Below are positions 25,315 to 39,469 of a stretch of DNA of 64,000 nucleotides, piece after piece. Source of the stretch: Lytechinus pictus (lineage: Eukaryota); NCBI RefSeq assembly GCF_037042905.1, contig NW_026974140.1, positions 1,614,001-1,678,000 of the forward strand, written 5' to 3'. Below the pieces are notes generated by a model. It had not been told where the DNA came from, ran no database searches, and saw only the letters and a program-made list of their open reading frames with translations. Position numbers and translations under genes: made by a program. Numbering within the stretch: the stretch's first letter is position 1; each line of letters begins with the position of its first letter.

Positions 25315-27714
25315 CAGCGGCGTAACAGGGGTCGGTGGCCAGGGGGGGCAAGAGCCAAAAATTTCCCGGTCATATCATGGAACAGGCAATGGCGTCATAA
25401 GGCAAAAATTTGGAGGGGGCGATATGGCGTATCGGGCAAATATATATATAGGCGAGCGAGCGAGAATTTTTTTTTGACATTTCTATTGCAAAAATTCAAT
25501 TTTGTGATAGATTTTGACATAATGTTAAAAAGATGATATCATATTTCACCCTCTCCTTTTTTCTCTCTTTTTTTGTACGCCACGGTGAACAGGATTTTTG
25601 TTATGATTGTGAGCATCAGGGCAAAGCTCTATATCAGGGATTCTCAAATGGTGGCGCGCGCGCCACTTGTGGCGCACCGAGCCTTCCGGAGTGGCGCGTG
25701 GGAGCCGGTATAGAAAAAGAAAAAACATTAGAAAATAAAAGGTTGATCTACTATTAATCTGGAATTGAGGTTTGATCATTTAATTACAAAAGGAAAATAA
25801 AAACTCGGCTCTTTTTAAATCTAAATGCTATTTGATTTCCTCTGATTTTGTGTAATCTAGCATTCGATAACCCCTATTATGGATGATCTATTTAATATAT
25901 TCATTTACGATTGGTACAAAGACTATGTACATAATATGTGAACATATATTTGTGAACAGTGCTTTTAATAATAACAATAATAATCATAATTACGTTTTAT
26001 TTACTCAGGGTAGCCATTTCGGTTAGGGAACTGCAGCGGGCCCTGTATTTCCATGTATGTTATTACTACCCTTCTCCAATCTAAATGCTGAGCGCCAAGC
26101 AAGAAGGCAGAAGGTCCCATTCCTATATATATTTTTGTATGACTCTGTTGGGGATCGAACCCACGGCCTCCCGTTCATGAGGCTGACGCTCTACCACTGA
26201 TCAACACACCCGGTTTGCTTTTTAAACACGACCCTCATCAAGAACAAACTTTAATACAGCAACATAATAATTAACACTAATTTGAGCAAGTCACTTATCA
26301 TTTTTTTTTCAAATAAATTGTGTAGTATATTGGTATTTTTATATCTTCTGTTGATTGAGAATCCCTCTCTGCCATTTAAAAGGTTTTCTGCTCTTCAGGT
26401 GGTCCTGCATCCCCCCATACCACAATATTTCGCTCTTCGCGTATTGGATAGTGGAGCAGTCCAGATTCTCAACAAGAAATTTGGCGCTTCAACAAAATTA
26501 ATTGAGAATGGCTGCTCTATATGCTTGAGGGGGCCGAGTATGGCGCTACTAGCAAGAAGTAGCTTAATATAGATCCTGAGCGAGCGAAGCGAGCGAGATA
26601 AAAAAATCACCTTTCATGAGAATCTAACATGAAGATAGATTTTAACGTGATATTCAGAAAATAATAATACACTTTCCTTTCTTTCCTCATTTTTTTTTGT
26701 TTGGTTGTAGAACTTTTGGGGGCCATGGTCCAAACTCATCCATATAACAGTGCTTTATGGGTGGGGTCCAGGGCAGAGCCCCGGAACCTCTTGATATCAA
26801 AGCCATTTTAAACAGATGGCCACTTATTTTAATCAAATTGCGTGTATATTTATATAGCTTTAACACAACACATAAATTCAATGCAGTTGTGTATCGTAAT
26901 CATCCAAATTGTGAGGGGCACACCATAGAAAATGTGGGGAAATTTGTTAAAAGTCGCAAGCGAGCGAAGCGAGCCAGAAAAAAAATGGCCTGTTAAAATG
27001 AAATTCTAATTATGTGATAGATATTTACATCATTATAGCAAATATCATGTCATATTTTTTTCATTAATCTCATTTCGCTGCCTCCTTTATTTTCTTTTAT
27101 TTCTCCTTGGCTGTGGAACCAACCCCCGGTACGTAAAGCTTAATGCAGGAAGGGTCCATATAGGGGCCCGTTATAGAACCCATTAAAGGTTACAGATGAA
27201 GAGCCCCCACTGCACGGGGTCTTAACTCTTGGACAGAGCCTTTGGAGATTTAGCAAGTTTATGATAGACTTTCATACAACATTATATGCTATAATACCAT
27301 CCATTTTTCTTCCCGCTCGTTATCTCAATCCTCGGCAGCCCGATAGTGTATGTTATCTAATTGTCCCTATTCTTTATTTTCCAATTTAGATTTTGGCTAA
27401 TTCCATTCTGCCTTTATTTCCCGCTTTTGTTTGCCTTTTTGTCATCTTAACTTTATTTCCCTGTCTTACTAATCATGCTAATGTATTTGTTTATCGGGGC
27501 GAAAATTATTGTTCTTTCTCACTTGTTTTTTTCTTCCTTTTCCCCGTTATCTTTCCGTTTTCCCTTTTTATGTTTTTCCTCAGTTTTCATTTCCCTTTTC
27601 CCCTTTTTTCTTTCCTTTCGCTTTCCCTTTCTTCCCCCCTTTTTTTCTTTTTCCCGTTTTTTTAATTTTCCCGGTGAGCTCCGCGCCCCCCCCCCCCCGC
27701 CTGTTACGCCACTG
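25315..27714. mobile_element. hAT-like non-autonomous element nested in the foldback
   Basis: 8-bp TSD tatatcat; TIR cagcggcgtaacagg / cctgttacgccactg. Confidence 0.9.
26000..26213 (-). mobile_element. tRNA-derived SINE
   Basis: Minus strand ggtgtgttgatcagtggtagagcg ... gggttcgatcccc (A/B-box-like), then a body and a simple-repeat tail. Confidence 0.65.
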
Positions 27715-27794
27715 TATATCATGTATATTGCCTATTTATTGGAAATTACACCATTTTGAATCGCCCATTGAGGCAAAAGTGCGTTTCTACTATA

Positions 27795-28542
27795 CAGTGT
27801 GTCTCTAAAAAAAGTAAACCCAACTTCAACGGCAAATTTTCAGAAAACTAAAAAATAATTACACATTATTTTTTCATGGTTAGATAGTCCAATAAGTCCT
27901 CTGTCCAATTACATCACTTAGGTTATCTAAGTCTTATGCATGACTGAGCATGATTCAACTTAGTGAACTGGTGTCAAATCATCACTGTGGCAAGTTATTT
28001 CTTGTTATTTTCATACATTCAAGGCCTATTTGAAGTTAAACTGGTTCCGTGATCAGCATACTTTCTCACATTGTACCAGATGGCCCTTTTGTCGGAGGCT
28101 GTCTCTCGGGGAACTGCACCCGAAAAGCTTCTTGAACTTCCACGAAACTTCTTGTTTCCTGGTATCGAGTTACCAGGAATACTCTCTGCTCAATTGTCAA
28201 CTGTACCATGTTTGGAAAGCATGTGAAGTGTGCCTGTGTTAGGAACAACCTTTGCTGAAGTTGTTATGTAATCATAGGCCTAACATGTGACAAACATTTA
28301 ACTTCATATTGGCCTTGAATGCATGACAATAACAAGAAAAAACTTGCCACAGTGATGATTTGACACCCATTCACTAAGTTGAATCATGCTCAGTCATGCA
28401 TAAGAGTTAGATAACCTAAGTGATATAATTGGACAGAGGACTTATTGGACTATCTAACCATGAAAAAATAATGTGTAAATATTTTTAAGTTTTCTGAAAA
28501 TTTGCCGTTGAAGTTGGGTTTACTTTTTTTAGAGACACGCTG
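27795..28542 (-). mobile_element. Tc1/mariner deletion derivative retaining the transposase N-terminus
   Basis: TA TSD; TIRs of about 240 bp starting cagtgtgtctctaaaaaaagtaaaccc; MVQLTIEQRVFLVTRYQETRSFVEVQEAFRVQFPERQPPTK resembles a DUF4817-type HTH. Confidence 0.88.
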
Positions 28543-31500
28543 TATAGTGTCAGCCAATTTCATTTTCGTGCAATTAAATGACTTGGAGAGGAAAGAGTAT
28601 ATCAGGCTTTGCTCTATCAGCTACATATAAACAAGTGCTGGCAAAGAAAAGCCTACCCCCTCCGGGAAGCTGTTGAAATCACCCCATCCCTTTTGCATTA
28701 TAGCATATTTATTGAAAAAAATCACCATTTTGAAGCCCCCATCTAGGCAAAAAGGCGTTTCTGATATATAGTTCTGCCATTATTACTGCCTTGAAACCAC
28801 TCAGGGCGGAAAGAATGGGTTTTGCTTTATCAGCCACATATAAAGAAGTGCAGGCAAATGAAAGCCTACTTCCTTCAGGGGACTGGCGAAATTACCCCCC
28901 CCCCCATCCCCTTTGAAATTCACAATTTTGGAGCCCCCATTGAGGCAAAAAGGCGTTTCTGATATATAGTTCTGTCACTTTTAATGCATTGAAACCACTT
29001 AGGGAGGAAATAATACGTTTTGTTTTATCAGCCACTTATGAAGAAGTGCAGGCAAATAAAAGCCTACCCCCTCCAGGAGGCTGTCAAAATCACCCACCCC
29101 TTTTGCATTTTTTGCCTATTTATTGAAAAAATCACCACTTTGGAGCCCCCATTAAGGCAGAAAGTCATTTCTGATTATGTTTCTGCCGTTTTTCACCCTT
29201 GAAAACACTTGGAGAGAAAAAGAATAGGCTTTGCTTAAACAGCTTCATAAAAAGACATGCTCGCAAATAAAAGCCTATCCCCATCAGAGGGCTGTTGAAA
29301 TCACCCTATCCCTTTTTCATTATTGCTTACTTATTGGAAAATTCACCATTTTGGAGCCCCCATTTAGGCAAAAAGGCGGTTCTGATATATAGTTCTGCCA
29401 CTATTACCGCCTTGAAACTACTTTTAAACCAGAAACACGTTTTTGCCTCAATGGGGGCTCCAAAATGGCGAGTTTTCCAATGAATTGGCAAAAATAGTAA
29501 AAAGTAGGGTAACATCTATAGTCCCCTGAAGTGGGTCAGGCTTTGATATAGCATCAATTCGTTATATATAGCTGAAAGAGGGGAACCTACTCTTTCCTCT
29601 CTAAGTGGTTTCAAGAAAGAGAAATTGGGTATTTTATACAGCAGAAGTGCATATCGCCTGAATGGGGGCTAAAAAATTGTGAATTTTAAAATAATTAGGC
29701 AATAATGCAAGAGGGGTGGGGTGATTTGACAGCTGCCCAGAAGGGTAAGCTTCAATGTACCAGCACTTCTTTATAGAGCAAAGCATATTCTTTCCTCCTT
29801 AATTGGTTTTAAGGCAGTAAAAGTGGCAGAACTATATATCAGAGATGCCTTTTTACCTCAATGAGGGCTCAAAAGTGGTGAATTTCCAATAAATAGGCAA
29901 TAACGCAAAGGGGTGAGGGGCTGATTTTTACAGCCCCCAGAAGGGGTAGGCTTTAATTTGCCAGCACAAAATTATGTAGCTGATAGAGCAAAGCCTATTA
30001 TTTCCTCTCTAAGTGGTTTCAAGGCAAAAAGTGGCAGAACTATATATCAGAGACACCTTTTTGCATCAATGGGGGCTCCAAATGGTGACTTTTCAACAAA
30101 TAGCCAAATACCGAAAAAATTAGTGGGGTAACTTCTACAGCCGCCTGAACGAGATAGGCTTCGATTTGCCAACACTTCTTTATATGTAACTGATAGAGCA
30201 AAGCCGACTCTTTCTTCTCCGTCATTGCAACAAAATAAAATTGGCTGCAGTAGGAACGCACTTTTGCGTCAATGGGTGATCCAAAATGGTGAAATATCCA
30301 ATAAATCGGCAATATAGAGGGGAGGGGGTGACTTAGACAGCCCCTAAAAGGGCTAGGGTTCGATGTGCCAGTGCTTATTTATATGTAGCTGGTAGAACAA
30401 ACTACTCTTTCCTAAGTGATTTCAATTAATCAATAAAATGGGGTGTACAACAGAGCACAAAACGCTCTTTGGCCTCAATGTTGGGTCCAAAATTGTGAAT
30501 TTTCAAATAAATATGCAATATTAAGCAAAAGCTCCCCCCCCCCCCCCTCGAGGGGTAGGCTTCGATGTGCCACTTCTTTGGATGCTGGCTGGTAGAAAAA
30601 AAGCCTACTCTTTCCATTCCAATTGGTTTCAAAGCAATCAAAGTGGCTGTACTGTAAAGTAGAAATGCCTGTTTTGCTTCAATGGGTGCTCCAAAAAACA
30701 GTGATTTTTTCCAACAAATAGGCAATATACAACATGATATAGCCGGGGGGGGGGGGGGGGGCTTTGACACCCCCACCCCATGAGAGTGTTAGGCCTTGAT
30801 GTGCCAACATTTTGTTTTATGTAGCTGATAGAGAAAAGCCTACTCTTAACTATCCAAGTGATTAAAGAGAGGAGATAATTGCATTTAATTTTTACCTATA
30901 CATTATACATATTAACTTGTTATACGTATTAGTCTATGGAAATGTATACAAAAAGCGACATTTCGGAAATTGAAGTATTCAAGTTTGATACCTTATAAAT
31001 TTGCTAAGAAGAATGATACAGAGTTGTAATTTCATTCAAACGATGATAGTATATCAGTGAAGTTTTCTGGTAATTGATTCATTGTTCTTAGAATTATGTA
31101 AAATCATGTATTTGCAAAATTTTCAATTTTTGGGAAAAAATGACAAAAAAAATGCAGTTTTCTACTTAAAATCTCAGCCAAATGACCTACTTATCCCCTA
31201 TAAATGGTACCAAATTGTGGGAAATTTATTTGTCTTTCATATGATACTAATTTGGTGGCAATGGAATGTTTATGTCAAAATCTATGTATGAAAATTCAAA
31301 TGTTCTGAAAATTTGGCGGCCATTTTGAAAAAAGCGCAGGTTAATTTTCAGGATACAGCCTGGTTACCTCATATATTCATATTCAGCGTAAAAAACTGGT
31401 CCAGAAACACTATATGAAAATTTCTCCTTTTCCGTGTGGCACCTTGCTCAATTATAACCCGGACTAATAGTAATAAATGGTACGAAATTGTTCGTCCGGC

Positions 31501-32754
31501 ATTCGCAAAAGTATTTGTAGCATATCCTGTTGGCAAAGCCAGTGTGTGTGACAGGAGCAAAGTTTACATCAAATACTTCTTTTTCACCTCTCATGATATC
31601 CTCTGACATTTACCATTTCCAAAGGTAATCAACAAGTCATGTTCTTCAGTTTTCTTTTCCTTTAATTTCTCATCCTCATTTCCTTATCTGCTTTGTCTTC
31701 CTTTCACTCATCTTCATGCTTTCACAATCCTTATCCTTTTATACCTATATTCCTCTACCTTCTCTCCTCTTCATTCCTCTCCTGCTTCCCTACCTCCTTC
31801 TCATATTCATCTTTTTAACTTTGTTCTTCTCTTTTGTTATTCACACATTTTTTGGTTTTCTTGTTTCAAGAGATGTGAATGTGACCTAATTAATGGGTAC
31901 AAGAAATCAAGAATGGCATTGTGAGAAGCACAGAAAGTATCTTGTTATATTTTTATAAGAAAAATGGCTCATATCAAAGGTTTGCCATAATGAAAAAAAA
32001 ACATTTTAACAGGTAGGTAAATCAGACAAACAAAACACTGAAAATTTCATCAAATCGGACAAGGAAAAACAAAGTGATGACATCTTGTGGAAAAAATAGC
32101 AAAACAGTTCCATGCACTTCTTCATGCAATGAGCAAGCTGATGTCACATTCCCACTTATTCATTTATATTTCATCATGTCAAATTGCATATATTCAAATT
32201 CTGTCTACCAAGAATGAAAAAAGTATGGGATTGCAACTGATTTAAGTTCGAGAACTTCTTTATTTGTTATCAGATTTTGATGAAATATAAAGTGTTTTGC
32301 ACAGGAAATTTTACTTTTTAAACTAAATTATTTTCATAATATTTTGATGACAAAACAATTAATTCCTCCAGAAAAAAAACTTGCGATTCATGAGATAATT
32401 TGTGCAGGAGTGGAAGATTTGACCATAAGGACTTCAATGAATAAAGCCAAATGTTTAATGAAATAATAATGAATAATAAGACGGTCACATATTCTGCATT
32501 CATGATAAAAATATGAGTACATATAATTGAATCCATTTTCATTATCGTGATATATTCCACTTCAATGTAAAAAATTTGAGTGAAATGTTAGGACACAAAT
32601 TATAGAGTGGAATATTTTGGCCAAAAGACGGTGGAGGGAAATAGATAACTGGAAGAAAAACAGACAAATGTTGAGCAAAAATGGAGAATTAAAGGAAAAT
32701 GGAAGTAAAAGACAATTCATTTCCATACTTGGATATCAACATTACCTATTTTAA

Positions 32755-33530
32755 CCCTATCCAGGCCGGGGGGGGGGGGGGGGGGCCTCAAAGGCCCCCC
32801 TCAACGATTCGCGCAATATTTTCGCCGCGGGATATTTTTTAACAGCGCCGCTCGCTGACTTTTTAATTTCAAGTCTTGCGCAAATTTTGAGACCAGTTTT
32901 GCGTCACCCGGGTACGCAATTCTGAAATAATGCAACATGTAAGTGCATGTCAGACCAAAAATTGCTTAAAAACGTGATTTCATGTACAAAGTCAATGCAA
33001 ATTGTGTTTTCAACCAAAAATCATAAATGTATGATTATTTTTTAGTTTTGCTGGTCCAAATGTATTCATTTTATGCTGTTTATGATCTCAGAAGAGTCCC
33101 AAACAAATTTCATTGAAAAAACAATGAAAAACAAAAGGTCCAAAAAACAAAGAAATACATAAGAAATTGCAAAAAACAATATAATACATAAGAAATTGAT
33201 CTGATATCACAATCTTTTTTTTTACACTTGCTAGAAACACCAAAAAGAGTTTCCAAACCAAAAATGAGAACATTTGGAGCATTATTTAGGGAGCTAAAGG
33301 GAAAAGTATGATTTTGCATACTAATTACGCATAAATTAGCATAATCACTTAATAGCTATTTGCATGAAATAAATTACTATACAATTTTGTAGATTATGTC
33401 CAAGACAACCTGAGTGCCAATTTTTGGCGCAATCGCGCGGCCAACAGCCGAGATCTTAAGGGGGGCCCTGGGAGGCCCCCCCCCCCCCCCCGGCCATATG
33501 AACTCCCAAAATACCCCGGCCTAGATAGGG
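32755..33530. mobile_element. piggyBac-like MITE
   Basis: TTAA|ccctatccaggccgggg ... ccccggcctagataggg|TTAA. Confidence 0.88.
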
Positions 33531-34431
33531 TTAAAGCCAGACTCGCACGTTTGCATTTCAAGCTGCACATTGTCACGTTAACTAATATTATCTATACTCG
33601 GCCTCAGGCAGAATACTTCGCAACAAAATATTAAGGAGCAGTCACACAAGAGTTGTGCACAGTAAAGCAAGTTGATGCAAGCTAAAGCGAGGGAAGTTGA
33701 GATGAATCAATCGCCAACGCTGAGTTAATGCCTACATAAGCCGCCCGCTATTGCTTGTTGTTGCTCATCCTCGCGCATCCTTACTCTCATTTCCTCATAA
33801 CCACCCTTATTTGCTTGAATGGATTTGGTTGCGATCAGTTAAGAACATTTGAACAAAATTCCATCTAGCGAGCCAGAATGTAAGGCCTTTTGTGTTAGTC
33901 TGCATATTGACCTTGTATTAGCTTGTTTCATGTTGCCATTATTTTACTACTATTGTTTGCCTCCATGTAATCCTCAGCTGAATGCAAGCCTATAACGCAA
34001 GAGGTGAGCCAGGCATGATAACATGTTTGAATGGTGAAAAGTACCAAGTTGGCCTAAGAATAATCTATATAAAGCAGAGATGCAATCTTAAAAGTAATAT
34101 GTAGTCATTCAGAAGCTCAAAAGTAATGATTCTGATATAAAAGTCATTTCATACGTGTTATGAAGGATTGTAAATTTCCTATAGGACTAAGGAGGTACTA
34201 GATGCAAAATGTGGCGCATAAAAGCCAAGTTTTGTCAATCCTCTATGATGGTTGTCAGGAATATTAATATAGGGTGTTACATGTACATAACTTTTGTGAA
34301 GCACTAGCTTACCTAGTCAGGCAAGTAAATTTAGCCAGTGCATTACCACATGTTTATCGAATGTGTACATACCTATTCTACCTCAAAAGCATAATAATTA
34401 AGATCAAAAGCATAATGGCATAATTTGACAT

Positions 34432-35725
34432 AACTAGCACATCAATGATGTGGAGCTCATCCGGCATCTCGCAACGAAATTTAACACAATTTTAATTTCA
34501 GCCCAGTTGACACTTACATTGGTGACATAAATTGATAAAGAATTGAAATTGATGAAGAAATGACTTAAAAGCATTTTTTGTGATCTATGAATAAATTTCA
34601 TATAAATTAAGCATAAACAACTTTCTAGTCAAAATTTCTTAACTCTGTGTAGAACCTTGGTGAACCTCATGTAGCTCTCAGATGGAACAAAAATAATCAA
34701 AATCAATTAACAAATAAATAAGTAATTTTTTGGGAGTTTTGAAAATACATGAATAAATTAGCATATTTAATGAATTTCAAAATTCTGTGTTGAAATTTTG
34801 TATCACCACCTCGAGCTATCATATTAAGCAAACAAAATTAAAATTGATCAACAAATGAAGAAAAAACATTTTTTATGATTTATAAATAAATTTTGCATAA
34901 ATTAGCAAAAATAATTTTCCAGAGAAAATTTCAAAATTTTGTGTACAAGTTTGGTGAAGCTCATGCAGCTCTACCAGATGGAAGAAAAAAAATCAAAATA
35001 TGTCAACAAATAAAGACGAAGAGGCATTTTCTGGGATTTATGAATAAATTTCGCAAAATTAGCATAAATAATTTTATACTAAATAATTTCAAAATTCTGT
35101 GTAGAAGTTTGGTGAACCTCATGAAGTTCTACCAGGTGGAAGAAAAAAAATCAAAATCGGTCAACAAATAAAGAAGAGGCATTTTCTGTGATTTCTGAAT
35201 AAATTTCGCATAAATTAGCATAAATAATTTTCTACTGAAAATTTCAAAATTCTGTGTAAAAGTATGGTGAACCTCATGAAGTTCAACCAGATGGAAGAAA
35301 AAAAATCAAAATCGGTCAACAATTAAAGAAGAAAAAGCATTTTAGGTGAATTTTTAAAAATATGAATAAATTAATTTCGCATAAATTAGCCTAAAAATTG
35401 TTCTAGTCAAAATTTCGAAATTCTGTGTAGAGTTTGGTGAACCTCATAAAGCTCTACCAGATGGAAGCAAAAAATTCAAAATCGGTCAACAAATAAAGAA
35501 GCATTTTTTGTGAATTTTGAAAAATGTGCATAAATTAGCATAATTAATGAATTTCAAAATTCTGTGTAGAAGTTTTGAATCCCCCACCTAGTGCTATCAT
35601 ATAAAGCAAACAGAATTGAAATCGGACTTGAAATGGCGAAGAAGTAGCATTTTGAAATTGTGGATGGACGACAGACGCCAGGCCACGGCATAACCTCATC
35701 TTGCCCTTCGGGCCGGATGAGCTAA
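34432..35725 (-). mobile_element. HINE family C with internal tandem repeats of about 150 bp
   Basis: Minus-strand 5' end tttttagctcatccggcccgaagggc; 3' subTIR ccggatgagct plus palindrome cacatcattgatgtg and ctagtt. Confidence 0.85.
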
Positions 35726-36182
35726 AAATTGTAAAAATCATGACTTTTTCTTAATAGTTGGCAGCTCTGTTAAACTCATGATCAGCCGAGTTGTAGTTTT
35801 TATACAGATTTATGCCATTACTAGATGGTGCTATGAACGCACATACATGTAAATAAATGTATGTTCTCATACATAACCGTTTGTTTTAGCATTTATGCAG
35901 ATAAAACTGCATGATATCAGTGATCGCCCAACAGCAACCTTAACCATGGAAATCAACCTTATATATCCAATTCTCAGTTTTTTTTTCACTTCACTTCATG
36001 AACTTTCATATGAAGCACAGGGTGAAGAAGGATCAGTTCAGAATGATCACACACAAAAGGGTTCAGATGTACATACTGGAATTGCCCTTACACATGTGAT
36101 GCACAGGGCCATGGGTACTTGTGTGTACAGCTATATAGCATAGTCCCACGGTCCGTACAACATTACTTCAGACTAGCAGGTG

Positions 36183-36311
36183 TCATCTGGTAAGGGTTTC
36201 CTGCGGCAAAGCAGCATCAGTGAAGAATCGTAGCTTGGATGGAAGAAGTTTGATGACAACGGGCATAGCTTCAAACCTATCGTTGTCAATGGTATACCAG
36301 GATTCCTCAGC
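36183..36311 (-). CDS. AGK: AGK last coding exon (129 bp, TGA stop)
   Basis: AEESWYTIDNDRFEAMPVVIKLLPSKLRFFTDAALPQETLTR*, compare human SIDSEEYEAMPVEVKLLPRKLQFF. Confidence 0.95.
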   Translation of the reverse strand, partial: AEESWYTIDNDRFEAMPVVIKLLPSKLRFFTDAALPQETLTR

Positions 36312-37788
36312 CTGTATAATGATAATAACAGGACAACAATGAGTTACATGTAGTATGTCCACCCTGTCATTCAATTTATAATAATAGGCATTTATTGTGC
36401 AACCTATCTCGAAGTAATCTAATCTGAGGTGCATTGTTATTATTACCCCAGCTTTACTTGATTTTTATACAAGCAGAATCTGAGATAAAAAATAATAATA
36501 ATAATAAAAATTACTGTATTTTGTCAAAGTCTTTGTGCCTTTGATATTTAAAAAAATGGTTGCCCTGATACTTCCGTATTTAAAAGTCTATAAACCATCT
36601 CTGACATACATGAAACTGTGGGAGCCAAGATAACACTCAATGAAGAAAATGGGAGCACTCTATAACTTCAACCAATGTGTAAATAAATGCACTGTACATA
36701 TACAGAGTGCAGAGGGTTTTTTGTGCAAGATTGAGCATACAGGCATGCCTTCATACAGTTCTATCTCCAACACAGCACTTGATATTGGGACAGTGTCGAG
36801 GTGCCTTCAACATATATACTGAAATCACAGCATAATTCTATTTCTATTCAGAAATATCTTGCTGACCAACGAAAAAACAAACAAACAAACCTAAAATATC
36901 TGTAATAAAGTGACATTCAGTGGAGACAGCAACTCGCTATCTCAACAAAAGACATCCCACACATTTTTAGCTACAGGAAGTAAAATAGCTAATGGGACAA
37001 TGTAAGGAATATAGTATACACATATTGACTGTGCATGAGGATGACTGTGTAAATTATCATTCCTGAGGTGCGTTTCATACCTGCCCGTATGAAAATCACA
37101 GATGGAGTGATGATTTTCACTGTCATCCGAATACAGAGCAGTCCATATTTGTTTTATATACCTCATCGATAATCACATAACTCTATCCCCAATCGATTAA
37201 ATTTCAGGACCACTAGTGTAACTCTAATCTCAATTTGATTGCTAAATTTAAACGAGCTGCAGTCCTGGAGCTGCTCTGCTGCACGGTGGCCAGGACAACC
37301 GATAAATCCAGTTTGCCAGCCAGCGCACCTTTGGCTGCGCGTACATGATGACCGAGCAACAGTAGCGCAGCCATTTAGCTCGAGCCAGCTACATGTAGAT
37401 GCGCGCTTAGAAACACAACTTGTGGCCCCGCCCTCGGGGGTTACGAGTACCATCAGAGGGTTTGATAGAAGAAATGTACAGTAAGTCAAACCCCTGAGAC
37501 GATGACAGATGGAAAAGCACCGCCTCACATGATGCACAGTTTTGACCAATCAGAGATAATCTTAGTATGAGGTATATAATATTACAAGTAGCATTCATTA
37601 TGTGATGCAACTGGTAGGATTGTTGCATAAATTATGGACTGCACTTGGCAGAGGTATTTTTTCAAATTGTGTAGGATTTGTTGGATAAGTTAGTCGAACC
37701 ATGTAAGAACCCTTCCATCATTTTATGTGTAACAGAGAACAACCCTTCCTCCAATGGTTATGATGAATAAGGCACAGATTAACAGTAC

Positions 37789-37879
37789 CTCTTTTAGGTT
37801 AGGCCTAAGATGTACTTCTCCTGCAGCAATATCAGTCACCTTGAACGTTTCCATGCTATCCTCCTGTAATCTAGACCAA
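37789..37879 (-). CDS. AGK: AGK exon (91 bp)
   Basis: WSRLQEDSMETFKVTDIAAGEVHLRPNLKE; polypyrimidine tract plus cag acceptor; phase 2 to 0 bridges the neighbouring exons. Confidence 0.8.
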
Positions 37880-37932
37880 CTGAATAACAAAGAAAGAAAA
37901 CATTAAATCCAGATGTTTCACAAATGACTTAA

Positions 37933-38698
37933 CCCTAAACAGGCCGGGGGGTTGAATCAACCCCCCTCAACATTTTCTGCGATCATTCCGCCGCGCAAAT
38001 TTTTTTGACCGCGCCACTCACAGAGTTTATACTTTTAAGTCTCACGCATCTTTTGAGACCAAATTTACGACGCCCGGGTACGCGGTTCCGAAATTACACA
38101 ACATTTCGTAAGTGCATGTCAGACCAAAAATTGTTCCAAAACGTGATTTTGTGTACAAAGTCAATGCAAATTGAGTTTTCTCATCTTATTCATAAAGATA
38201 TGATTATTTTTACTTTAAACAGCTGAAATCAATTGATTTTAGCATAATTATGCATCAAAAGGTTGTGCAATAAATCTGGTGAAAAAAACAAAGAAAAACA
38301 AAAGGTTGAAAAACAGGGAAATACATAAGAAATTCATAAAACAATAAAATACATAAGAAATTGATTTCCAAACCGAAGTTTTTTTCAATTGCGATTGTTG
38401 AGAATGCTACAAAGAATATTTTTACCAAAAATTAGCATTCTAGGAGCTTTATTTAGTGAATAAGAGCAAGAAGTATGATTTATGCATAAATGCATAATCA
38501 ATTATTATCAATTATATTATAATCAATTATTATGCATAATCAATTCATATAAAATAAAATCTCATTATTTTACCATACAGCCTTGTAGATTACATTTTCC
38601 GGCGCTCGCGCGATCGGCGGCCGAGATCTCAGGGGGGGTTGAATCAACCCCCCCCCCCCCGGCCACAGAACAGCAAAAAAAGCCCGGCCTAGTTAGGG
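37933..38698. mobile_element. piggyBac-like MITE related to 32755-33530
   Basis: TTAA|ccctaaacaggccggg ... cccggcctagttaggg|TTAA; shared internal sequence. Confidence 0.88.
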
Positions 38699-39469
38699 TT
38701 AATAACCCAGCGAGACTTATTAATGAACAGCATAAAATTGATACTAACTCCTGATCAATCTTATCAAATTTATTTTAGTTTATTAAAAAAAAAGAGTTTC
38801 CAGTAATAAACAAAAAAAGAAATCCAACAAAACTGTATTGGCATACATGTATAAAGACATGTGGTTGTGGTTGGAAATTATCAACTGCTAAGTAATGTGT
38901 AAAATAAGCTTGACAACTTTGTCTTTTTTCTTAAAGTCAACATAACAATATGGAGATTTTTTTAGCAACACTGCACTTTTAAATTAAGATTCAATATTAA
39001 TAATTTGGCTTGCTTAAAGCTTTGTCAAAATTTATTATGCTGATCATTATAATACTTAATCTTTATTGAAAAGATATTCTCTTGAAATCATCACTGCTCA
39101 CTTAAAATTGGATTTGAACACGGTTTAAATAATGCAAGAGCCACAGAACTACCTCATCTACCAAATAGAACCATTCATTGGGTATGCACACATGTAAAAT
39201 AAAGCCTAGCTGAATCTATTGGAAGCACCAGTCTCTTTGATTAATAGGTACATAAACACATTGTTTGCATAATCTGAAATTTTGCTTCCACTCACAATAG
39301 GGCAAATTATTCATGCAATCCTGCATTTAACTTTTTTTCTTGAACCATTTTTGCCCTCTGATACATGTAAGAATAAAACTGAGTGCATAGCATTATATGA
39401 GACTCCTTTCATTGCCTCTCCTTTATTACTTCATTGGCCTATTTCATGATGGATATTGTATGCAGACAG

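Larger units (their letters stand above)
23369..31464. mobile_element. Foldback element: about 0.7-kb outer TIRs plus inverted arrays of roughly 180-bp repeats; no ORF
   Basis: ta|gtccgggttataattgagcaaggtgccacacgg ... ccgtgtggcaccttgctcaattataacccggac|ta; repeat orientation flips at about 29424. Confidence 0.92.

Noticed and set aside
26100..26213. tRNA gene candidates here and at about 44200 and 47750
   Set aside because: Degenerate stems followed by SINE-like bodies; treated as SINEs
27393..27808. Phe-rich and Lys-rich ORFs, similar ones at 52123-52379
   Set aside because: Low-complexity pyrimidine tracts inside hAT-like elements
23416..31291. Near-identical ORFs 23416-23697 (-) and 31082-31291 (+)
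   Set aside because: Mirror images from the foldback arms with no recognisable protein
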